From the NCBI GenBank assembly GCA_963664225.1, contig OY760937.1, positions 4,896,001-4,960,000 of the forward strand: a stretch of 64,000 nt of DNA, given 5' to 3'. This document shows positions 58,501 through 64,000 of the stretch, piece after piece. The position numbers and the translations under genes were made by a program. Below the pieces are notes generated by a model. The model was not told the DNA's origin. It saw nothing but the letters and a program-made list of their open reading frames with translations, and did not search any database. This DNA comes from Verrucomicrobiia bacterium (GTDB taxonomy: Bacteria > Verrucomicrobiota > Verrucomicrobiia > Limisphaerales > UBA1319). The stretch's first letter is position 1. Each line of letters opens with the position of its first letter.

Positions 58501-59284
58501 GCATGTCCGGCACGTTTTGCTGGCTCGCTCCTTTGAGCAGCGAACCCGCTTCACCTGCGGGCGTGATCCATTGATGGGCTGTGCCATCGCTGATCCACGG
58601 ATTGTCGCCGCCATGCAGATGGATGGTCGCCCGGTTCTCGGAGTAATTGGCCCCGTTCGGTCCCATGCCCGCGCCCATGAGAGTCATGTCGGTGGGGATG
58701 AACAGGCTGCCTCCATTGGCGGTCGTCGCAAGCAGGTTATAGAACTTGATGCGGGTCGGCGTGCCTTTGTTGGAGCTGATCACAGGCCCCAGATACCGGG
58801 GTCGATCGTAACCATAGACCTGCGTCGGAGTGCCACCCACGGTAACCATGATGGGCGTTGTGCCATTCGCATAGAACAGCGGCACATGGAGACTCCCTGG
58901 GGGTGTTGGCGCGCCCGGGGGCTCGATCTGCACATAGCCGCGCAGCTTCGTCGGCAGCAATTCGCTGTGCATCTGCTGTGTATAATCCACAACCGCGATT
59001 TCATAATAATCGCCGTCACGGGGCACTCCGGCGGGCGTATTGACACCCATCGGTTGAGCCACGGGGATATATTGCCCCAAATTGTTTATGCCTGTGGGAC
59101 CCAGACCCGGCAACGAATCCACAAACTTCGTCAGCGGTTGGGTGTAGGCATAATTGGGCACATTGTAATCGACTCCAGGCACGAGCTGGGGAGGAGGTAC
59201 ATATTGCGCCATACTCTGGTTGACTCCCCAGAGCAGGGCAGCTCCGGCCAGGAGCTGGTGAATCGGAATCTTCAGTTTGTTCAT
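55523..59284 (-). CDS. Large secreted multicopper oxidase with three C-terminal fibronectin type III domains
   Basis: All four copper motifs: IHLHG, FYHDH, HAIHFH, WHCHLLGHEENDM; Fn3 repeats P.AP..L...L.W.DN..NE.GF.I.R. Confidence 0.93.
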   Translation of the reverse strand: MNKLKIPIHQLLAGAALLWGVNQSMAQYVPPPQLVPGVDYNVPNYAYTQPLTKFVDSLPGLGPTGINNLGQYIPVAQPMGVNTPAGVPRDGDYYEIAVVDYTQQMHSELLPTKLRGYVQIEPPGAPTPPGSLHVPLFYANGTTPIMVTVGGTPTQVYGYDRPRYLGPVISSNKGTPTRIKFYNLLATTANGGSLFIPTDMTLMGAGMGPNGANYSENRATIHLHGGDNPWISDGTAHQWITPAGEAGSLLKGASQQNVPDMPVPPLGSATFYFPNGQSGRLMFYHDHAMGMTRLDVYAGEAAGYLLSDPTETALNTTLGLAGEVPLVIQDKTFVNAGALPTGFPAGAAAPLPTAVLDPLWTNNPSWGQTAGDLWFPHVYMPNQNPNDISGANPFGRWDYGAWFWPIFPSGVPPQVSSVPEAFMDTPLVNGIAYPKLNVNPTAYRFRILNACNDRYVNLQFYVASPIISAITVTSGGSGYATPPMVTITPAAGDTTGKGATADSMIDVNGVVTNIVVTSVGSSYTLPPTVTLTPAFGDTTGSGAVATATLYTNLTEVGMVPAIKGSPALWPPWWSANDTPGMIPNILDGRMGGVPDPNKIGPSFISIGTEGGISPQAVELKTTPIGYEQNKRSVTVLNTYEHTLFLGPAERADVIVDFAKFGGKTLIVYNDSPAPVPAGDPRNDFYTCNPDTQDQGGAPSTVAGFGPNTRTIMQINVAAGTNTPLVLSTINTAVAGVFAATQPTNVVPAGVYGRISDTSMTFGGATTPLQPKTIQELFDPLGRMNSILGVELPFTTATIQTTIPYGFADPPTEVFPDGVTQLWKITHNGVDTHAIHFHLFNVQVVNRVGWDGAIKPPWPEEMGWKETVKMHPLEDIIVALKAKTPTFPFAVTNSVRPLDPTSPLGTTNQFTGVDPNGLPLVVSNVVANFGAEYVWHCHLLGHEENDMMRAMMVATVPQAPTNLVATTTGTFSSKRVNLTWANNSMLNATAITVQRSTAPTFTTGLVTTQLGKVTSYSDQIGNTTQVYYYRVFAVNKVGSGVAGYPSASANSLFSNTAIGNAPTPPAAPSSLSATVQTGPSVRLNWTDNANNETGFQIFRAINGGAFSLLTTVGANTVTYTDTGVASGNSYSYQVQSINGAGVSAFAGPVTVTITAAATPAAPTNLAGSAVRITGNSLQDLVTLTWTDNSNNETGFQIQRSTTSTFTNTTTFTVGANVTTFNQNVPRPGTYYYRVRATNAAGNSAWSNTRTITAL

Positions 59285-59595
59285 TTTTTGTCCTTGGTTT
59301 CTTGCGGCTTCACGCATTTTGAACGGGATGCTTCCTCATGCCCGCGCTATCCTTCAAACAGCTTCCTGCCTCCACTGCTTCGAAATCCTCCACGCCATCG
59401 GCACATGCCGACGATACCCGCGAGTTGTTTTTCAGCATGACTATGGAAACAGGGTTTGCTGCCATGCTTTCAAAAATGGCCGGGCGCGCCATTTTCCACA
59501 ATCGGGACGTACCCTATCGTGGGATAGGGAGGCTCCCTATTCTCAACAGAGGAATCGAACGCTAGCTTTCACTTGTGAAACTAGGGATGCCTTTT

Positions 59596-59643
59596 CGCAG
59601 TCAACCGCAGTCAACCGCAGTCAACCCAGGGTCAACCGGTTGA
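59596..59643. promoter_or_regulatory. Phased direct repeats (CGCAGTCAAC)x3 plus a fourth GTCAAC and a palindrome in the divergent promoter region
   Basis: CGCAGTCAAC CGCAGTCAAC CGCAGTCAAC CCAGGGTCAACCGGTTGA. Confidence 0.6.
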
Positions 59644-59724
59644 ACGCTCGGAACAGACTCTTGAATGAGACGGCTTATCCGCTTATAAAGGCCTGATAAA
59701 TCGGCCAGCAATGAAAGTACGACC

Positions 59725-62529
59725 ATGACAAATACCAAAGATTCTGCCTTGGTCAGCTACACTAAAACCGTTTCAACCATAACGGCTTACGGTGTTATTA
59801 CGATCTCGATTCTCGTTTTGGCCGGATGGATTTTCCGCCTTTCGTTCCTGAAGAACTTCGGCCTCGGCATGGCGTCCATGGACCCATTCACGGCTATAAC
59901 GTTCCTTCTGACAGGTACTTCCATTTTGTTTTCCCAGCAGTCCAGGACCCGGAATCGACCCGGTCGTTTTATCGCGCTGATCCTTGCCTTTATCGTTGTA
60001 GTAATGGGCCTTTTCGCCCTGATCGACCATCTTTCAGGCTGGAATCGCGGTTTTTTCCAATGGTTTCAATGGGAACCCTCCGCAATCGCTTCCCTTCATG
60101 AATCCAGCCGCATGGGCCCCAACTCCGCTTCGATATTGCTCCTGGCAGGCATTTCGCTCGTCCTGATTGACACGCGCACCCGTGGTGGCCGCCATCCAGC
60201 GCTTTTTTTTACCGCTTTGGGCGGCGTCCTAACTTCCGTGGCGTTAGCGGGTTATGTTTATGGTGCCCCCCAGCTTTACGCGCCACTGGCATACTCCCAG
60301 GCGATTTCGTTCCCGGCGGTCATTGCGGGCATGCTGACTTTCCTTGGAATCTGGCTGGCGCGCCCCGGGTCGCTCTGGTTGTCCCTCCTGGCCGGGGACA
60401 AGGCAGGCAGCGTCATGGCCCGGAATTTTATTCTGCCGGTTCTCTTGGTGCCCATCTCGATCGATGTCGTCCTCATGTTGGGGCAATACGCCGGATTTTA
60501 CGATTATCATCTGGAGTCCGCAGCCCATGTCGTGCTCACCGAGCTGGTTTTTATTTTTTTCGTGATCATGGCGGCCCGTTCACTCAACGCCGCCGAGGCG
60601 CGACGATTTCAAGCTGAGGCTGAAAATGCGAGACTGGCGGCCATCGTTGCAACTTCGCAAGACGCAATCATTTCCAAAAATCTGGATGGCGCCATACAAA
60701 GCTGGAATCCGGCGGCCGAGCGGATGTTCGGCTATCGCGCCGAGGAGGTTCTCGGCAAATCCATAACCCTGATTCTGCCGCCCGAATTCATCCGTGAGGA
60801 AGAAAAAACTCTCCAGAAACTGGCCCTCGGCCAGCGCATTGAGCATTTCGAGACGGAGCGTCTGGGCCGGGATGGCCGTCGGCTTGAAGTCTCAGTCACC
60901 ATCTCGCCCTTGATGAACGCCGAAGGGCGAGTGGTTGGAGCCTCGAAAATCATCAGGGACATCAGCCAGCGCAAAAATGCGGAGGCTCGAATGCGTTTGC
61001 TCGCCGCGGCGCTTCAGGCGGCGGCCAATGCAATTTCCATTTCCGGGAGCGATGGGAGTATCCAATGGGTCAACGAGGCTTTTACACGATTGACCGGTTA
61101 CAGCGCTGAGGAATCCGCAGGCCTTAATCCAAGTGTGTTCAAGTCGGGACACCACGACGCGCAGTATTACCAGAAGATGTGGGAGACGGTTCTGGATAAA
61201 CGTGTTTGGCAGGGCGAATTGGTCAACAGGCGCAAGGACGGAAGTCTTTACCACGAGGAAATGACCGTCACGCCTGTAGTCGGTAGAGATGGGGCCATTA
61301 CCCATTTCATCGCGGTCAAACAGGACGTGACCGAGCGCAAACGCACGGAAGCCCGGATGCTGCGGCAGAACGCGCTTTTGGAGGGGATCAACCGCATTTT
61401 TGAGAAAGCCATTAGCGTCGGCACGGAGGTGGATCTGGGCCGGACTTGTCTTGAGGTGGCCGAGAAGGTGACTGGAAGCAAATTCGGATTCATCGGTAAA
61501 ACCAATGATCATGGCCTTGAAGAAATAGCCATAAGCGATCCTGGCTGGGCTGCCTCCAAAATGGCGGACAAGGACGGAAAAAGCAGTCCGTTTGGAGACT
61601 TTCCAATTCATGGTATTTACGGACGCGTGATTCTGGAGGGGAAGGGCTTCTTCACGAACGACCCAGCACATCAGCCTGATCGCATTGGGCTTCCGGATGG
61701 CCATCCTCCCCTGGAGGCATTTCTGGGCGTTCCGCTGATTCAGGAAGGCCGCGTGACCGGAATGATTGCGGTGGGGAATCGGGACGGCGGCTACACCGCC
61801 GACGAGTTGGAGGCGCTGGAGGCGCTGGCGCCTGTTTTGGTGGAAGTTTTCTCGCACAAAGGCAGCGAGACGGCACTGAAAAAGGCCCATGACGATTTGG
61901 AAGCCCGGGTGCAGGAACGCACTGCGGCTTTAAAGAAAGCCAATGAAACAGTGGAAGCTGAGAGGCGTCGGTTCAAAGATGTGTTGGATCAGTTACCGGC
62001 TTACCTGATATTGCTGGCGCCGGATTATCATGTGCCGTTTGCCAACCGTTTTTTCGAGGAACGTTTTGGCAAGGCCAATGGACGGAAGTGTTATGAATAC
62101 ATCTTTAACCGCACCGAGCCATGCGAGAGTTGCGAAACCAAGACTGTGCTGAAAACCAATGCCCCTCATCATTGGGGGTGGATAGGGCCGGATGGACGCG
62201 ATTACGATATCTTCGACTTCCCGTTCACCGATGCGGACGGTTCGCCGCTCATCATGGAGGTCGGACTGGACATCACCGAGCGCAAACGTGCGGATGCGGC
62301 ACTTAAGGCGCTGACTGAAACACTGGAGCGGCGGGTTACGGAACGGACCGCGGAACTGGTGGCAAGCAACGAGGAAGCCATGCATCTGAACCGCGCCATG
62401 GTGGGGCGCGAACTGCGCATGATCGAGTTGAAAAAGGAAGTCAATGCGCTATGCGTCCTTGTTTGCCAGCCGAAGCGTTACACCATCGATTTTGAGCAGA
62501 AATTGCCTGGAGTCTCCGGCAACCCATGA
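59725..62529 (+). CDS. Membrane multi-sensor protein (TM domain, PAS-PAS-GAF-PAS) without a catalytic output domain
   Basis: About 8 TM helices; DAII...DG.I.SWN.AAE; VNEAF..LTGY; FLGVPL; ends NRAMVGRELRMIELKKEVN. Confidence 0.85.
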   Translation: MTNTKDSALVSYTKTVSTITAYGVITISILVLAGWIFRLSFLKNFGLGMASMDPFTAITFLLTGTSILFSQQSRTRNRPGRFIALILAFIVVVMGLFALIDHLSGWNRGFFQWFQWEPSAIASLHESSRMGPNSASILLLAGISLVLIDTRTRGGRHPALFFTALGGVLTSVALAGYVYGAPQLYAPLAYSQAISFPAVIAGMLTFLGIWLARPGSLWLSLLAGDKAGSVMARNFILPVLLVPISIDVVLMLGQYAGFYDYHLESAAHVVLTELVFIFFVIMAARSLNAAEARRFQAEAENARLAAIVATSQDAIISKNLDGAIQSWNPAAERMFGYRAEEVLGKSITLILPPEFIREEEKTLQKLALGQRIEHFETERLGRDGRRLEVSVTISPLMNAEGRVVGASKIIRDISQRKNAEARMRLLAAALQAAANAISISGSDGSIQWVNEAFTRLTGYSAEESAGLNPSVFKSGHHDAQYYQKMWETVLDKRVWQGELVNRRKDGSLYHEEMTVTPVVGRDGAITHFIAVKQDVTERKRTEARMLRQNALLEGINRIFEKAISVGTEVDLGRTCLEVAEKVTGSKFGFIGKTNDHGLEEIAISDPGWAASKMADKDGKSSPFGDFPIHGIYGRVILEGKGFFTNDPAHQPDRIGLPDGHPPLEAFLGVPLIQEGRVTGMIAVGNRDGGYTADELEALEALAPVLVEVFSHKGSETALKKAHDDLEARVQERTAALKKANETVEAERRRFKDVLDQLPAYLILLAPDYHVPFANRFFEERFGKANGRKCYEYIFNRTEPCESCETKTVLKTNAPHHWGWIGPDGRDYDIFDFPFTDADGSPLIMEVGLDITERKRADAALKALTETLERRVTERTAELVASNEEAMHLNRAMVGRELRMIELKKEVNALCVLVCQPKRYTIDFEQKLPGVSGNP

Positions 62530-64000
62530 CAACGCCTCTTAAATTCCACCCGCCTCTTTGGGCCTGGATGCCTGCCCCAATCTTATTATTGGGGATGATT
62601 GGGCTGTGGATGGGGGATTTGCGAACCTCCCACGAGTCATCGGGGTTGCTCCTTGGCCTGAATTTCACGTTCTCAACGCTGGCGTCCCTGGTTGTTGCAT
62701 TTTTGGCCGCGCGAAATTATCTGGCCCGCGCCGATGCAAGGATGCTGCTGATGGGAAGCGGGGTCTTGATCTGGGGCTTGGGCAGCCTGGTGGCGAGTTT
62801 TCTTGGACAAGGGAATCCAAATACGGTTGTGACGATCCACAATGTCAGCGTTTGGATTGCGGCATGCGTCCTATTGTCTTGCTCTAGTCTTTCGCGCGCG
62901 CAGCGGGGGATCGCAGGCGCGTCCATTTGGCGGATTGGCGCGGCATATGCCGTGGCACTGGGTCTGGTCTGGCTGGTCGCGCAAGCCGTGAGATCCGATT
63001 GGCTGCCGGTATTTTTCGTTCAGGGCGAGGGGGGGACACTGGTCCGGCAGTTTGTGCTTTGTTCGGCAATTTCCTTGCTGATCCTCAGTGCAGCGCTGAT
63101 GCGGCCGGTAATGGGGGGGGGCTGGACCGCGTTCGCATTTTGGTATGCCATGGCGCTGTTGTTGCTGGCGGCCGGGTTGTTTGGCGCCTTGATACAGTCG
63201 GTTGTCGGCAGTCTGTTGGGATGGACTGGCCGCGTGGCGCAATTTCTCGGAGGCGCTTATTTGCTGGCTGCGGCTTATGTATCGGCGCGGGAAGTCGGCG
63301 ATCCGGATTTATTGCCGCACGAGGGCCGGGGCGGGCCGTGGCAAAAGTATCTGGTGACGATTGCAATTGTCGTCGTCGCCGCCACCGTGCGACTGGTATT
63401 TTTCCATTCGTTTGAGACGCGCCCCCCATACATTACGTTCTATCCGGCGGTGATGTTCGCCGCGCTCAACGGCGGGTTGCGTCCGGGCCTTGTGGCCACA
63501 GTTCTATCGGCCTTGCTGCTCAACTTCCTCGTGACCGAGCAGGGAGAGAAACATGCTTTTCCCGATGCGGCCAATTTACTGGCCACGGCGATCTTCGTCG
63601 TAAGCGGCGTGATGCTCTCCTGGATCACTGAGGCAATGCACCGTGCCAGGGAGAGCCTGAGCAAATCGAACGAAGTACTGGAACAGCGTGTTATCGAACG
63701 GACTGAGAAGTTCGAAACCGCCAACCAAGTACTGCGCGCGGAAATTGAGCAACGCAGGCAGGTTGAGGAGGCGTTGCGGGGGAGCGAGGAACGGCAGCGG
63801 CTTCTTTCGGAAACGATGTTGCAGGGGGTGGTTCACCAGGATGCCAGCGGAAGGATCCTTGCGATGAATCCGGCTGCCGAACAGATTCTGGGCAAGAGCC
63901 GCGACGAGTATCTGGGCAGCAGTTTGGAACCGGAGTCCGAGCACACGATCCGCGAGGACGGTTCACCATTCCCCGGCGGCGCGCACCCAGCGATGGAAGC
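62526..64000 (+). CDS. Membrane sensor protein (multi-TM, DUF4118-like, PAS), probable histidine kinase; truncated by the window end
   Basis: Not in the ORF track. ATG 62526 overlaps the previous stop; the frame reads MTTPLKFHPPLWAW...PYITFYPAVMFAAL.GG...LQGVVHQDASGRILAMNPAAEQILG. Confidence 0.8.
   Translation, partial: MTTPLKFHPPLWAWMPAPILLLGMIGLWMGDLRTSHESSGLLLGLNFTFSTLASLVVAFLAARNYLARADARMLLMGSGVLIWGLGSLVASFLGQGNPNTVVTIHNVSVWIAACVLLSCSSLSRAQRGIAGASIWRIGAAYAVALGLVWLVAQAVRSDWLPVFFVQGEGGTLVRQFVLCSAISLLILSAALMRPVMGGGWTAFAFWYAMALLLLAAGLFGALIQSVVGSLLGWTGRVAQFLGGAYLLAAAYVSAREVGDPDLLPHEGRGGPWQKYLVTIAIVVVAATVRLVFFHSFETRPPYITFYPAVMFAALNGGLRPGLVATVLSALLLNFLVTEQGEKHAFPDAANLLATAIFVVSGVMLSWITEAMHRARESLSKSNEVLEQRVIERTEKFETANQVLRAEIEQRRQVEEALRGSEERQRLLSETMLQGVVHQDASGRILAMNPAAEQILGKSRDEYLGSSLEPESEHTIREDGSPFPGGAHPAME

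Overview
A GC-rich bacterial chromosomal segment. The gene style (DUF1559-type prepilin-like protein, planctomycete-type cytochrome c, Thr-Asn-rich secreted proteins) suggests Verrucomicrobiota; this is an inference. Layout: (i) 0-9 kb, sugar-utilisation genes (fucose/arabinose-isomerase family, Tat-exported Gfo/Idh/MocA, beta-helix protein, GH29 fucosidase) plus pilT. (ii) 9-13.3 kb, a 4-kb island bracketed by a duplicated tRNA-Leu(CAA) upstream region. It encodes a frameshifted secreted clan-CD-like cysteine protease and a two-repeat partner. (iii) 13.4-37 kb, housekeeping genes: trpB, kdsA-kdsC-lptC-lptA-lptB-hprK-ptsH, hemL, ruvX, truA, trmL, PTS IIA, glcD-like, trxA, a CstA-YbdD fusion, nadD, rsfS and a PUR-domain protein. 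(iv) 37.1-42.1 kb, an integrase-less integron-like cassette array. It has two duplicated promoter/attI-like leaders, about nine attC-like sites (four with a non-canonical GCCTGAC left end, two shrunk to about 32 bp), a pile-up of REP families and a 10x9-bp GATC tandem repeat. (v) 42.3-59.3 kb, a 17-kb co-oriented copper/surface locus: Fn3 multicopper oxidase, FKBP, an 11-repeat surface protein, DUF2946-like, a Met-rich secreted protein, a prepilin-like protein, cusB and cusA. (vi) Divergent multi-PAS sensor genes running off the right end. A roughly 65-70 aa terminal module is shared by six otherwise unrelated secreted proteins and is a candidate sorting or anchoring domain. All family assignments come from motif recognition by eye; no database searches were run.
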